64,000 nucleotides of DNA. Origin: Chiloscyllium plagiosum (taxonomy: Eukaryota). Of the stretch, positions 10,413-24,344 are shown in pieces; positions within the stretch are counted from its first letter, which is position 1; each line of letters begins with the position of its first letter. The notes under the pieces are model-generated. The model saw nothing but the letters and a program-made list of their open reading frames with translations. It made no database searches and was not told the DNA's origin. A program made the position numbers and the translations under genes. The stretch is taken from positions 11,646,578-11,710,577 of the forward strand of contig NC_057751.1 of NCBI RefSeq assembly GCF_004010195.1. Direction: 5' to 3'.

Positions 10413-13400
10413 CGAGTCTACTCCTGTTGCAGTTGACTTTCATTATGATATTTTGATGGCATATAAATGTGTGCTGCTGTTGCAGCTTACACGAGTTTTA
10501 GTTTGTACAATTAATATCTGAAGCTGTAGTTTTGTACAGTCACGAAACCGGCATATATTCAACACCTTTGAGCTTGTTCACATCTCTAGTTCTGTTTCCT
10601 TGCTGTCTGAAATTTCACCATTCATTTAAGTTTGTTAAGCTTGTTAACTGAACCCCCATACCTTCTGATAAATTATCAGGGTTTAGGTCATGTGTGAGCA
10701 TGGCGCAGCATGATTTTGTCTCTAATTTCCTTCCCTTGCCTCCATCCACAACTACGAGGGAGTCACCCGGCAGCATTTGGTAGATTCCTACCCCAAGGCA
10801 TTTCTGAGCTGAAAGTGTACATATTCCAGACAAGCTCCAGCTCTGTGCAGAGTGCAGTGGGTGTGCGAAGGTGGTGGGCAGGAGTGTGGGGTGGCGGTGC
10901 ACTTTGGGGGACATTTGAATCTCTGTATTTGTAATTCCTCAATCTGATTATACAGCAGTCAGAATCCAGAGAGGTGACCCTGTACAGATGGGCTGTGTCA
11001 CACCAATATGGATATTTTCTGAGATACTGTGACTCTCTTGAGACAGTGTCTCTGAGGACCACAATTTAGATGTCTTCTATGTGCACTCTGCAGGAGGCTG
11101 CAGTGCAGACAACTGTTAGTCAATGACTGTCCGTATCTATCTTGTGCACTCCCTCCGTTCTATAAGGCATATCTTACAGTCTCAGTGGAAATGATTATTC
11201 TTGGCCAATAAACTGATTCTTGAAGCTTGCTCCATGTAGTCAGTGTGCTGACATGTCAGTGCCTAATTCTAAACAATTGTTCTTGCTCACTGCTTTTCAC
11301 TTCTGAACCTGCGATGATCTGGAATGTTTGTGTTGGCAAAAGGTTGGTGTGAGGAGAGAAGCAGGGTGATTATGAAGCCTGCTAGTGTAGGACCCTATCC
11401 CTTAGGCCTGCTGGTGTAGCAGTCTTTCCTCTGAAGTCTTCTTGCTGATCCTGTTCTTGAATAGCACACACATCATGTTGGTATGCAACTGCTGTTCTTT
11501 GAGTTTAAGTCAAGTGTGAACTGAAACTATCACTCCCTCCATTTCGACCTTGTGTTAAGCCTATCCTCACACCATTTACATCACCGCTTCAGACAGAATT
11601 GGTCCAAAGTGAAACACTGATTGTACTGTGAGAATATGAAGGTGAAGTCTGCTTCAGAAAGAACTTGTCACTGATCTTGGGATAGATTGAAATAACAGTT
11701 ATGAAATACTGGAACTTTCCTACAGCTGCTTAATCCTTTGAAGAGACAACCACACTTCTTTTTTTATTATGAGTCCCACCATAAACATGTAATGTTTAAT
11801 AACTAAAAGCAATCAGTATTTGAACAAGTCTATCAGTTTGTGTCTAGATTTTAGTCAGTTTCAAAATGATGCAACTCAAAGGATGTGCTTAAACAAGATG
11901 CTGCTTCATTGCTGGTTTGGTGGATACGTACATGAGGAGTGGTTGTATGAGACCTTACTGGAGTGAGATTAGATTCCCAATCCCTGTGGGACTCAATTAT
12001 CTCAACAAGGAGCACAACAGTGAGTTGAGGCAGGATTATTGGCTCCTGCAATACTAGTTTTTTTTTCTCTTTAATTCCACTCCTCCAGTCTAGGGTCATT
12101 TGCTACTACTGGAAGTGGCTGAATTTTTGTAACCACATTCCCTTGCAAATTATTCGACTGTTAAGATCATTCTTTTTTGAAATGTTTTGAACTTTTTTGA
12201 AAGTTCACTTGGTCACGGAAATGACAATACCACTGAGTGTGCCACACAAACTACTGGTGGCTGTATTTGGAGTCTTTGTTGTTTTCTTACTGGGATCATC
12301 TGCCGCTTCCATAGTTTTGGATTTGACATAATTTGAGGGGTACAGTCCCTTGCCGAGATTAGCTTGTCAGCTGAGCTGCAGGAAGGCATCAAAAGCTGAG
12401 GAAATGGTGGGTCTAGCACATTCAAAGCCAGAGTGTGTAGCTCAGAGAGTCATCCTGCCAGAGAAATCACCCATGCACCCGAGGTTGAATAGGGGGAAAT
12501 TTGTCCAGGACTCTTGCCCTCTGATGGAATTGACTGTATCTGTAGAGTGTGGATGTATTGTTTGTGATTCTCTCCATGGTAAACAACTTCCTCTGTCAGA
12601 CAGCTGGACAAGTTATTGGAGGAGTTAGGAGATATTGCCACTGTTTGGATAATAGAGCCTGCACAGGGAGACGTGACAATACCAGTCCAAAAAAGGGTCT
12701 ACTTAATGGAAAAGGTTTGGAAGTCAGTCGGAAAACCAATTGGCAGAGCAAGCAAGTGAATTAAATTATCACACTGTGGCATCACATATTGGAAGCTGGA
12801 AGCTTGTGAATCCTAATGAAGGTTATTGGTTAGCTTTGGGCATTTTTAAACTGCAGTGATCATTGTGGTATCTCCTCAACAATAGAGTCTCCTTTTTGAT
12901 AACATGAGAAATCTGCTGTTTCATTTATCAGGCACCTGGTGACTGGAGAAAAGACATGACTGAACAATCCAAAATGTTGGCAGCAGATAGAATGAGCAGA
13001 ACTCGCAGTGGAAAGGAACTTTTATAAAGTTTACAAAGTGGAGAAAAGTCATCTAATTGGTTTCTTTCAGAGAGTTATTTGGACAGGTACAGCTTTGGCT
13101 GATATCCTCTATGGACTGGTGCTAGCCATGCTGAAACTAACATTTTTTAGGTCCCTGCTAATCCTGGCCTCAAAACTGATGCTCTGTTTGTTTTTGTCAC
13201 CACTACCTGTCAGTGTTTATATCAGCTAAGATGCCCAAGGACCTTCACTGGGTCACAGCAATAATGGAGCATGTTTATTGTAGACAGACGTGGCCCTGCA
13301 TTGATTTCTTAACCTTTTTATGTTCTCAACGTGAAATTTTTGACCTGTTTGATCATTTGAAATGTTTCACCCATGTCTTGTATCTGATTGTCTACAATGG

Positions 13401-14093
13401 TGAGTTGCTTTTATGAGGTGAGGATTAATGCTTTTGGCTTCTTTGAAAGGTACTTTAAGAGAAAATTCACTTTACACAGGTTGCTTGGCAATCTACAGGC
13501 TCTGTGAAGCTGCAAAAAGGCCAGATCTAAGTATTGGAATTTGTTCACTTGAAACATGGATTATAGGTGCAAACCTGCAGCCTTATGATTTCGGACTCCT
13601 GACTTTCATACATCAGAAGGTGTAACTCCCCACACCCTAACCCCACTTCTCAATTTTCCAGTTACTTCACAATGAGCAGAACATCATTGAGCATATCCAA
13701 ATTCCAAACCATTTGCTTTTCACCTGCAAATCTGTAACTGCTGTGACTGACAGTAACTTAATGTCAGAAGTACTTAATTGGCTATAAATGTGACATTGTT
13801 CCAGTGCTATCTAAATGCAGGCACATCTTTTAAAGGACGAGAATAGGTCACTGCTCTACTGCTCACCACGGCACGGTGCCAACTCTCTTAGCATGGCTTC
13901 CAAGTGGAACCTGAAGATTCTTACCATGTTCATTCAGCCAGTCAGTGTGGATTCAACAGGCTGAACAGTCTCCTTCTGCGCCTTCACAAGTTGACCAGTT
14001 TGTGTTTCTGTGCTCCACGCCTGGCAAATTATTTCAGGAGGGTAAAGGTTTTCACAGGCAGGGTCCATTCTTCTGTTTTGAAAGGGCCGGATG

Positions 14094-14277
14094 AGATTAG
14101 ATTAGATTAGATTCCCTACAGTGTGGAAACAGGCCCTTCGGCCCAACAACTCCACACCGACCCTCTGAAGAGCGAGCAACCCACCCAGACCCATTCCCCT
14201 ACATTCACCCCTGACTAATGCACCTAACACTATAGGCAATTTAGCCTGGCCAATTCACCTAACCTGCACATCTTTGG
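14094..14277 (-). mobile_element. HE1/V-SINE-like SINE, 3' half
   Basis: (gatta)n tail and ggcaatttagc.tggccaattcacctaacctgcacatctttgg, matching the 59088 copy. Confidence 0.85.
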
Positions 14278-15214
14278 TCGACTAGGCTGATTCTCCAGAC
14301 CCAGTGAGGGCGATGTAGCCTCTGGACATGATAAGTGAGAAGCTGATGATTTTCTTTCTTGCCATTAAAATTAAAATCCAATCAAATTGATAGAAATATA
14401 CAATTCTATAAAGATTGGTGGTCTTTCAGGAGACTGGACAGAGTTTTTTAAAAGGGAAAGAATTATCATAAAGTTAACAATGGAGAAGTTCGAGTAATAG
14501 AAGTCAAGATAGGAATAGAAAACATGTTAAGAGTTGCTACAAGTATTTCAAAAGGTAAAGAGTAACAAATGAATGCTGATCAGCTTGGGGGTGAGAATGG
14601 GGAATTTAGGGGGAGAAAGAAAATGATAGAGGCATTGAACAGTTATTTTGTGACAAATTCTGGTAAACTAAGGTGTGAAAGGGAGGGAAGATCTAAAATA
14701 GAACAAGATTAATTTTGGATATCTATCAGCATGGATTAGCTGGACCGAAGGGTCTATTTCCATGCTGTGCAACTCTATGATTCTATTAATTTTTAAGGGG
14801 CATGAGAAACACAGGCTGTCATAGACATCTGATGCATGGTTTGTCAGCCTGAATCCATGCTGGGGCATGAAGTAGGTCCTGAAACTCATCCTGTTAGAGA
14901 ACAAACTGCATTGGGTTGTTACATGTGCTTTGAATATAAAGTTTGCAAGGATTGATTGCTGTCCAAGAAGCTGAGAATATGAGGCTGATGTTGTGAGCTC
15001 TGACAGTTTATATTTCCCGTTCCTCTCTCTGCTGTGGAAAAGACAAGTCTGATGGCTGACTGAGTAGAGGTCCAGTTAAAATGACAGCAGATTAAACAGC
15101 GAGGGAATATGTGACCACTTGAGGGGAAAAGCAAACTGGAGACAAACCTCAAGAAATCAAACTACGAGTTGAAAAGGAACTTGATACCTGAAGATTGTGA
15201 ATTCCACCATCATT

Positions 15215-15630
15215 GAGTCATACAACGTACAGCATGGAAACAGACCCTTTGGTCCATCCCGTCCTTGCCGACCAGATATCCCAACCCAATCTAGTCCCAT
15301 CTGACAGCATCCCTCCAAAACCTTCCTATTCATATCCCCATCCAGATGCCTTTTTTTTTTAGATCCCGAGCACTGTGAGGCAACAGTGCTAACCATTGAG
15401 ACACCGTGCCGCCCTTTTAAATGTTGTAATTGTACCAGCCTCCACCACTTCCTCTGGCAGCTCATTCCATACCCATATCACCCTTTGTGTGAAAAAGTTG
15501 CCCCTTAGGTCTGTTTTATATCTTTCCCCTCTCACCCTAAACCTATGGCCTCTAGTTCTGGACTCCCCCCCCCAACCCAGGGAAAAGACTTTTTCCATTT
15601 ATCCTTTCCATGCCCCTCATAATTTTGTAA
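15215..15630 (-). mobile_element. CR1/HER1-like LINE 3' end, interrupted by a SINE head
   Basis: ORF 15389-15598 GESRTRGHRFRVRGERYKTDLRGNFFTQRV. Confidence 0.9.
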
Positions 15631-15689
15631 TCATATTAAATATTTGAGGTGAATCATATGAGTGCATTGAAGGTGAAGCTAGAAAGGAA

Positions 15690-16325
15690 GCGAGGATGCA
15701 AGGGCTGGATAATATCCAGATTAGGGCTGACAACTGGCAAGTGAAGTTCACAATCACAAGTGCTGCGACCACCACCAACAATGGAGAATGGAACAATCTT
15801 CTACTGATATTCAAAGACATTATTATCCCTGTCTCATCAACATCTTGGGATCACCAGCGACTACAAACAGTACTGGACTAGCATATACAGTAAATACTGT
15901 GATTTACTCTTGTAGCCAAAGGATAGGAACTCCTCTGCTGATTCCCCTAGTCTTGTCCACCATCTACAAGTCAAAAGTCAGGAGTGTGATAGTGTATATG
16001 TGCCACTTAGCTGATGAGTGCAGCTCCAAATATCACTTGAGAAGCTTGACACCATCCAGGAAAAAGTACCCCACTTGATTGGTACGACATTGAAACCAAT
16101 TCACTCTCTCCACTTCAGATGCTCGGTCGCAGCAGTATTTACCATCTACTGGATGCACTGTCGAAAGTACCTTGGATAATGTTTGGGTCAAAATCCAGAA
16201 ATTATCTCCCTAATGACATTGTGAGTCTGTGTCTTCAGCAACGGTTCAAGAGGGCAGGTCACTACTACCTTTTCAAAGTCACAAGCAATGAACAATAAAT
16301 GCTGAGTCAGTTGGACACTCTCATA
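15690..16325 (+). mobile_element. Degraded L2/Crack-like LINE 3' fragments
   Basis: Translations LDNIQIRADNWQVKF and LSTIYKSKVRSVI. Ends in an aataaatgctg-type tail shared with a SINE family in this window. Confidence 0.6.
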
Positions 16326-16333
16326 TCGCATAA

Positions 16334-16623
16334 TTTTTTTTTAGATTACTTCGTGTGGAAGTAGGCCCTTCAGCCCAACAAGTCCACACCGACCCGCCAA
16401 AGTGCAACCCACCCATACCCCTACATATAACACTATAGGCAATTTAGCATAGCCAATTCACCTGACCTGCACATCTTTGGACTGTGGGAGGAAACCGGAG
16501 CACCCGGAGGAAACCCACGCAGACACTGGGAGAAGGTGCAAACTCCACACAGTCAGTCGCCTGAGGCGGGAATTGAACCCGGGTCTCTGGTGCTGTGAGG
16601 CAGTAGTGCTAACCACCGTGCCG
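16334..16623 (-). mobile_element. HE1/V-SINE-like tRNA-derived SINE, near full length
   Basis: Reverse complement has the tRNA head (ggttagcactactgcctcacagc...gggttcaattcc) and the conserved core gtgtggagtttgcac..ctgcgtgggtttcctccgggtgctccggtttcctccc. Confidence 0.9.
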
Positions 16624-18174
16624 TCCAGTTAAATCAGTCAACATGTGAGGAGGCTTGAGCGAAGCATAAATATTGACAAGGACTGATTTAAGTGAATCCT
16701 TTGATCATGGGCTGTATGTAAGATTAGCTCAGAACCAGAACCAGCGCAGCCACTTCCCTTAGATGATGGGTTCAGTCAATCACTTGGCTGACAAATTTCA
16801 GCTTTTTTTAATAATGGCAGTATCATTATTGTTACATTCAGGTATCACATTGATGTATAAAACATTTCAGCAGAGTGATTGCTGAAACCAAGGCAAGTGG
16901 GTGGAGGTGGTTGTGTGCCTTCTGTTGGAATGACCATCATTATGTGGATTGGGACATTTGGTGGGTTTGGTGCAGGGGGAGGCATGGGATTAGGAGGGTC
17001 TTATTTAACCAGTTCGTCACTGGTCTCATCCAATGTCCAGCTGCTTGATCACTGCAATCAGAGAATGTACAAGTAGGAGTCACAGTCAGTACTGCTTCAC
17101 CATTGGCATATTTTAAGACAATAGGGCACAAAAGTCCTAGCAGACAGTGTTACACTGTCCAAGCTGCTGTCTTTGAACACTTCAAATGAGACCTGGTTTG
17201 TACGTGATCCCATCCCATGGCATTAATTCTAAGATAAACAGGAATCCTCTTGAAGTTTGTGGCAGTTTTCTGTGCACTAGTTAGCTGCTATATTTCAGAC
17301 ATGCTGATAATGACTCTACATTGATTCAATAAATCAGACAGGACTTAGAGAAACCATTTGGCCCATCCTATAGGAGCTGGTTCTTTGATCAATTTGCCCA
17401 TACCTTTGTTTCTTCCTCTTCAAGTATTTGTCAATTTCCTCTTTAAAGATAACAAGAAACTCCAAATTAACATCCAGACTTGAAAAACAAAGGCCCAATT
17501 CCCAAGTTGTTTTGATCGGAATGGTACAAGACAGACATCTTATAAACTAGGCAGGGTCTGAACTGCTCTACTCCAGCAAAAGCTCAGCCAAAGTTCGCAC
17601 GGTGGTTTAATTTGTGAACTCCAGCGATGCTGCGGGGAGAGAAAATCCATGTTCTCTCATCTTGCCATTAAAATAAAAATACTTGTGGAGAGGATCCACT
17701 TAATTTTGCAGATGGGTGGGACAGGGAACTCTACATTCTCTTATAATAGAGCATCTGCTGTCAGTTTGACAAGGGAAATGGAGTAAATTGAAGGGAAATG
17801 AATGTTTAAAAAAGAGGATGCCCAGATAAAAATATTGAAGTCTGCTAAAAACAGCAAATGCTTGATATGATAAATTATGACTTGCATCAGACATTTAATG
17901 ATTCTAACAGCAATCCTTAGTGGAATATCTCCACTGAGATAGCACCCAAACCATCCCAGATTTTAGTGCACATTTAACATTATTTTGATGACACATATTC
18001 CCTATGAAATAGAATGCCTGTCTGTTATTTTCAAGCAATTTGACATTTTGTTTGATTAATGACTAGGATCATGTATAAAGAATGTCAGCTTGGACATTGG
18101 TGTATAGTTGGGAGGCAGAGATCTGCATGGCTGCATCCTGTGAGTAAATCTACTCTCAAGGCAAATAACTAGGA

Positions 18175-18330
18175 ACTGGTGGATGCAGGTATAATTACAA
18201 CATTTAAAAGACATGTGGAGAAGTGCATGAATGGGAAAGGTTTGTCAGGATATGAGCCAAACACAGGAAGTGGGACTAGTTTGATTTGGGATCGTGGACT
18301 CGTTGGACCAAAGTACAATTCTATGACTTT
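18175..18330 (+). mobile_element. CR1 3' tail fragment
   Basis: ggtggatgcaggtataattacaacatttaaaagacat...ctatgact. Confidence 0.7.
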
Positions 18331-19000
18331 TTGACTGTATAACTGTCTCTCTTTTTTTATACTTCACCATGTGGCTTTGATCTGTTTAACATTCCCTTGA
18401 CATAGGAGTGTACACTTTGTGAAGAGAGATGTGGTCCATTTTGGATGTTGTCAGCGTAATTCACCCAGGGACTATGCACTTTATTTTGCATTATTCCCAT
18501 CATGTATAACAGATGATGAGTGAGGGAGTGGATTGGTGATCTAGCCAAGGGTTATAATTACCATCACATTGTGTCCCACTCCTGGTTTCTCACTAACCCC
18601 CACACGTTTCAACATTCTGGTCGCTGGCTGATTTTCTGCTGCCATTACAATTGGCCACAAGTGCAATGAAATACTGTCTTTAAAATTAGTGTCTTTTTTT
18701 TAATGAGTCTGCTTGTGATGGTGTGGGAAGCTGCAGTGTCCAGCTAAGATTTGACTGACTTTAGCTGTTTTGTCAGCTCCCAAATGATCACAGCCAAGTG
18801 AGCAGCTAAACAAATGAAACCATGCATTCCAGAGATGTGCAACGTGTTTATAATAGAAAGAGCTGATCTATGGCCATTGACTTAACAGCTAAATAAATTG
18901 GAGGTTGCATAACTGAGCTGAAGCTTGCAGGTGTGAGAATCTTTCACAACTGGTTTCATGTGCTGTTGCGCAGGAGCCTCTCTTGAGGATACTTGTTAGA

Positions 19001-19572
19001 TAGAGTCATAGAGGTGTACAGCACGGAAACAAACCCTTCGGTCCAACCTGTCCATGCTGACCAGATATCCCAACCCAATCTAGTTCCACCTGCCAGCACC
19101 CAGCCCATATACCTCCAAACCCTTCCTCTTCACATATCCATCTAGATGCCTTTTAAATGTTGTAATTGTACCAGCCTCCACCACTTCCTCTGGCAGCTCA
19201 TTCCATACACATCTCATCCTCTGCGTGAAAACGTTGCCCCTTAGGTCTCTATTATATCTTTCCCCTCTCACCCTAAACTTCTGCCCTCTAGTTCTGGACT
19301 CCTCAACCCCAGGGAAAAGACTTTGCCTATTTATCCTATCCATGTCCCTCATAATTTTGTAAATCTCCCCTCAGCCTCCAACACTCCAGGGAAAACAGCC
19401 CCAGGCTGTTCAGCCTCTCCCTATAGCTCAAATCCTCCAATCCTGGCAACATCCTTGTAAATCTTTTCTGAATCCTTTCAAGTTTCACAACATCTTTCCG
19501 ATAGGAAGGAGACCAGAATTGCACGCAATATTCCAACAGTGGCCTAACCAATGTCCTGTACAGCCACAACAT
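19001..19572 (-). mobile_element. CR1/HER1-like LINE 3' end
   Basis: ORFs [19 protein letters not shown]...[11 protein letters not shown] and ESRTRGQKFRVRGERY. Confidence 0.92.
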
Positions 19573-19814
19573 CCTGAAGAAAAGCTAGGTTTGCTACAAG
19601 TTCACTTCACTATCTTCTGGGATGAGGACATTTTACGAAAAAATCTGAAGGCTGTGAACTGTCAGACTAATAAAATCTTTACGAGTCACCATTAACGGAT
19701 GGAGCGAATGAACTTTTCATAGTGGCGACCCAATCTTAGTCTTATTGGTTTTAATTTCATTGGATGATGGAAGTAACTTGGTGAAAACCTTGGAAAATCC
19801 AAGATGTCACTGCC

Positions 19815-20210
19815 CATTTACATAGCTGTGCAGTTCGAGGTTCAAGCTCCATTGCACACGTGAGCATATCATCTTGCTGACTCTTCAGCACAGTGCTGAG
19901 GGAGTTCTGCACATTTGGAGGTTTTGGTTTTCATATCAGACATTAAATCAAGGCCTTGTTAGCACAAAAGTGATCCCTTAGCATTAATCCTGAGAAGTGC
20001 AGAGTGTTGTCCTCATGTCCTTTGTTCTTAAACTAACATCACAAGAAACAGACTGAGCAACTGTTTATCTCATTTGCTCTGTTTGAAACCTTGTGCATGT
20101 ATTGGCTGTGGCGTTTGCTTATTTAACCCCTGTTATCCTACTTCAGAGTAATGCAGTTAATGAAGCTACTAAAATGTAATAAACTGTTTTATGAATGTAA
20201 ATACTTGCTT
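19815..20210 (+). mobile_element. Old Deu-domain-like SINE
   Basis: gctgactct...cagtgctgagggagttctgcac...gacattaaatcaaggcc, resembling the DeuSINE/AmnSINE central domain as recalled. Related copies at ~31000, ~41265, ~45480 and ~47290. Confidence 0.55.
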
Positions 20211-21320
20211 CTTCCAACAAACCAACAATTTTGAAGTCAATGACATTGACTGGAATACTATTGATCACATTTTGGCCAAATGGACTGCATTGAACAAATT
20301 ACTGTTCAATGCAACATTACATTAATCAATTAACTAATTGAATTAATGACACACCACAAATTAACATGATATGGTTTGGTGAGTGCATTTATCATAGTAA
20401 AGACACCGGTACAAGTTTCCCAATCAACATTATTTCACCCATTTAAAATAAATAGGTTCACATTGAAGTTGCAGCAATGCAATGAGGCTATCCTCATTGA
20501 AAGGATGGCAAAATCAAAAATGGAAATTGGTTGTGTGCTGTTGCTCTGGCTGGGAAATACAGAGCCCTTTGAAATTTGTTTGTTAGGTGGCATGATGGTT
20601 ACTAGGGGAACGTTTGTTTCACAGCAAGCACTTTCTACACTGATTGGATGAAGTCAGCACAGCTGCTGTGGTCCAAACAGTAAGCTTGTTTGGTCTGGCC
20701 CAGATATGGAGTGGAAACAGAGAGTGCGTTGGCTTGGTGCTGCCTTGCAAGCTAAACAATTTACAGTCACAGTACAACATTTCTACCTTCTCTTGGAAAA
20801 TAAACAAGTTGCAAGGCTATAGGGAAGAGCAAGGATGTGGGACTAATTTGATGAATCTTTTAAAGAGTTGATGCAAACACAATAGGCTGAATAGCTTCCT
20901 TTTCTGTTGTGTGGTTTTTCTCTCCTCTGGGTGTTTTATCCAGTCACAGGTATCTCACTCAAGCAGCACAGATAGCTAACTGTGCACATTTCAGCCTGAT
21001 CCCATCCTTACCCCGCAACTATACTTCGAATAAAGCCCATTCAGGAACAGCCCATTCTTTGCGAACCTCCTCCTCCTCCCAAATCCAAGTCATCAAGGTT
21101 AATGATAAGATGCTTTCATTCTCATTGATCTGAATTCCAAACCTAAAGTGTGAAAGTCTGAGTAGCCAGCCAGCTGATAAGTCGTAAAGATAACGTGGTT
21201 TGGCCACTTTGCATAAAACACTGGGCAGATCGCAATAGGAGACTTTGACTCATTGTACCAGTTTTAACTCATTCCAAACTCCTACAAATGTACAGAGTTA
21301 AAATGTGGATGAGTTTGGAT

Positions 21321-21491
21321 TAAAAACTGAAAGAAGTGTGGATGCTGGAAATCTGAAACAGAAACAGAAATTGCTGGAAAATCTCAGCAAGTCTGACAGC
21401 ATCTTTGGAGAAAAATCAGAGATTTACACTTCAGGTCCAGTGATCCTTCTTCAGACCTGCTGAGATTTTCCAGCAATTTCTGTTTTTGTTT
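21321..21491. mobile_element. Short palindromic PLE insert (second family) with TSD
   Basis: acagaaattgctggaaaatctcagca is inverted to tgctgagattttccagcaatttctgt. TSD tgagtttggat at 21310-21320 and 21492-21502. Confidence 0.75.
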
Positions 21492-21647
21492 TGAGTTTGG
21501 ATAACAAAATTTTCCTGATGCTGAACAAGTTTATGATTTTCACAGACAAGGTAAATAAAAGACATTTTTAAAAAAACTTTTTGTGGATGTACCAACCTTT
21601 ATTTCTTAAGATAGGCACATACCTTAATTAGCATTTAAGGTCTTTAC

Positions 21648-21737
21648 TGAAAATGTGTTGCTGGAAAAGCGCAGCAGGTCAGGCAGCATCCAAGGACAGG
21701 AGACTCGACGTTTCGGGCATGAGCCCTTCTTCAGGAA
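21648..21737 (-). mobile_element. PLE terminal fragment with intact minimal hammerhead motif (21704-21737)
   Basis: Reverse complement: ttc-CTGAAGA-a-gggc(tcat)gccc-GAAA-cg-TC-gag. Confidence 0.75.
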
Positions 21738-22810
21738 AGCCAAAGCTGTGGGCCAAGTGCTGGGAAATAGAAAATATTTCAGTTCTAGTTTTTGAGAAGA
21801 ACAGACTTGTTGGGCTGATGGGTCTCTTTCTTTGCTTAGACCTCTATGACTTGACTCTCAAGTTAGTATGAGGTGGGACTTCCATCCATCTCCAGCAAGG
21901 GCTGCTAACTCAAGGGTTGCAAGCAGCTGACCAATCGTAATCCATATGTGCTGCACACTGTGGTGCCAACAGGAATGGTGGCCACTGCTGATATTGCAGG
22001 TAGGCCCAAGAAAGTAGCACTATGCTCATTTATCTGGCCTTTAGTCATGCCTGAGATCTCAAACTGGTATTAGTCTGACAGGCCCCAGTGAGGGTGAGAG
22101 ACGGTAATAGTGAGGTAGAGTTGGACAGGACAGGGGTAAGGTCAGAAAGTCTCAACAAGGAGCAACTCCTCACTCAACCTCCAGCTGCTTCATTTTAACT
22201 GGCCAAAAGCCCACACGACACAACTTCGAGGGTTGCTCAGTAAGGGCATGGGTGGACAAATCACTTTCCTTGTTGTTATGATGCTGCAGGAGAGGTGTGG
22301 GGGGATTGGTGGCATGCATGTTACTATTACCAGAACACACACATTTACAAGTTCATCCATGTGCTTTCTGATCCATTGTTGAGCTGTTCAGTTTGGCTCA
22401 ATGAAGCCAATTGTGATCACAGAGTGAAAATGTATTGAGAGAGTAACTGTAACATTGGGCAGTAGTCACAGGGCATCGGAGTGTTAAATGGAAAGAAATT
22501 GAAAGGGCAGAACTGAGTAGTGTTGTTGTTCATCATAACTAAGTCATTAGCAGAAAGTATTCAACAAAGCAAACCTCCAAACCATAATTCTTCTAATAAC
22601 TTTCAACTGTGTCCACTTCATGTTAGCTTCTTTCATATGAAACATTTAAAACTTGGTTATGATGCACCATTGGAAAGAACTGTTTGTCAAATGGTATGGT
22701 TTATTTTGTTTTAACAGCATTGTTCATATAAATCATTGACTATCATTCAGATCAATTGAAACAATGATTGACATTTATCATCTGGTATTGTTTCTTCCTC
22801 AGTGTGATGA

Positions 22811-22996
<186 letters not shown>

Positions 22997-23609
22997 TAAA
23001 CCCTTTTATTCATAGGGCTGCAGTACATCCAGAGTGTCAGAATTTTGAATACATGATTTACATTGGCCTCGGCTTCTTTACCTGACAGTCTCCTCCAAGT
23101 GTCATATCGAAGGCCGAAGGGTCTGTACTGCGGCGTAATGCTTTATAAGTTCCCACCTACTCCCATACCTTGGAGGGAACAATAACAATGCCTTTTGCTC
23201 CTTCATTATTCATCAGACTCATTTAAAACTGAGACACAGAGAGTGAGGGGAAGGATCAGATGAAACCTTAATGCATGCCAGCATTTTGGAGTTTTCCTAT
23301 GAGAAATGATTGAGACAAGGATCAGTTCCTCTTTTGATGACTGGGACCTGAGTTGGCTATTCAGCTTCCCCAAGCTAGTTCTACCATCCAGTGAAATCAT
23401 GGTTGATCTGTATCTTGAACTCATGTAGCAAGCATTAAGTGGATTTTGTGGCATGTTTTCACACTTGCAGTATTTTGCATAAAGAATTATTTTCGAATTT
23501 CTCTTCTGAGACACCTGGCACTGATGTGAAGCTCATACTGTCTTCTCAGACTGCCAAAACCTCAGGTGAATAATCTTTTAACTGTATATTCCAGGGCACT
23601 CAAAGGGAA

Positions 23610-24340
23610 AGAGAAGGTGAGTCATGGCTCCAGAAGCAAAGGTAGCAATAAAGGGGTGATAATGACAGTCCCGGATCTTTCCTGTGGCTTGCCACTTCAA
23701 CACACGATCCTGCTCCCATGCCCACATGTCTGTCCTTGCCTGCTGCAATGTTCCAGTGAAGCTCAACACAAACTGTAGGAACAGCATCTCCTCTTCCGAC
23801 TAGGCACGTTGCAGCCTGCCAGTCTCAACATTGAATTCAACAACTTCAGATGATTATCCCATCTCGACTCCACTGTTTTCATTCTGCTCCAAAATTTAAT
23901 TTCATTTATCTTTATTTAATTTTTTTTTTTCACTGTTCTGTACCTCTTATTTCTTTGTCTCTCTTTCTCTCACTCTCCACTCTCTCATCACCTTTTTTCC
24001 TCTCCTCTTCCCCTTTTGCTACTCTTCTCCCCTGTTTTCCATTTTGCCTCTGCTTCACCCATCCCCCCCCATCCCCCATTTATTTTGTCTCACAGCACCG
24101 GTTTAAGCTTTGGTCATTCACAGCTCCTAGTCTTCCTATAATCTCTCTATGCACTATCATTATCACCCCTTTATTGCCACCTTTGCTTCTGAAGCCATGA
24201 CTCACCTTCTCTCAGCCTCGTATAAATACCTCCCCTATTTCTCCCATTTTTTTAGCTTTGACAAAGGGTCAGTTAGACTCGAAACATCTCCTTACAGATG
24301 CTGCCAGACATTGAGATTTTCCAGCATTTTCTCTTTTACC
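23610..24340 (+). mobile_element. 5'-truncated Penelope-like element: GIY-YIG endonuclease C-terminus + 3' repeat, with an inverted 5' repeat piece
   Basis: Degraded translation PVACHFNT..HMSV..LLQCSSEAQHKL*EQHLLFRLGTLQPASLNIEFNNF. 23610-23669 is inverted to 24153-24212. Confidence 0.8.
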
Positions 24341-24344
24341 TTCA

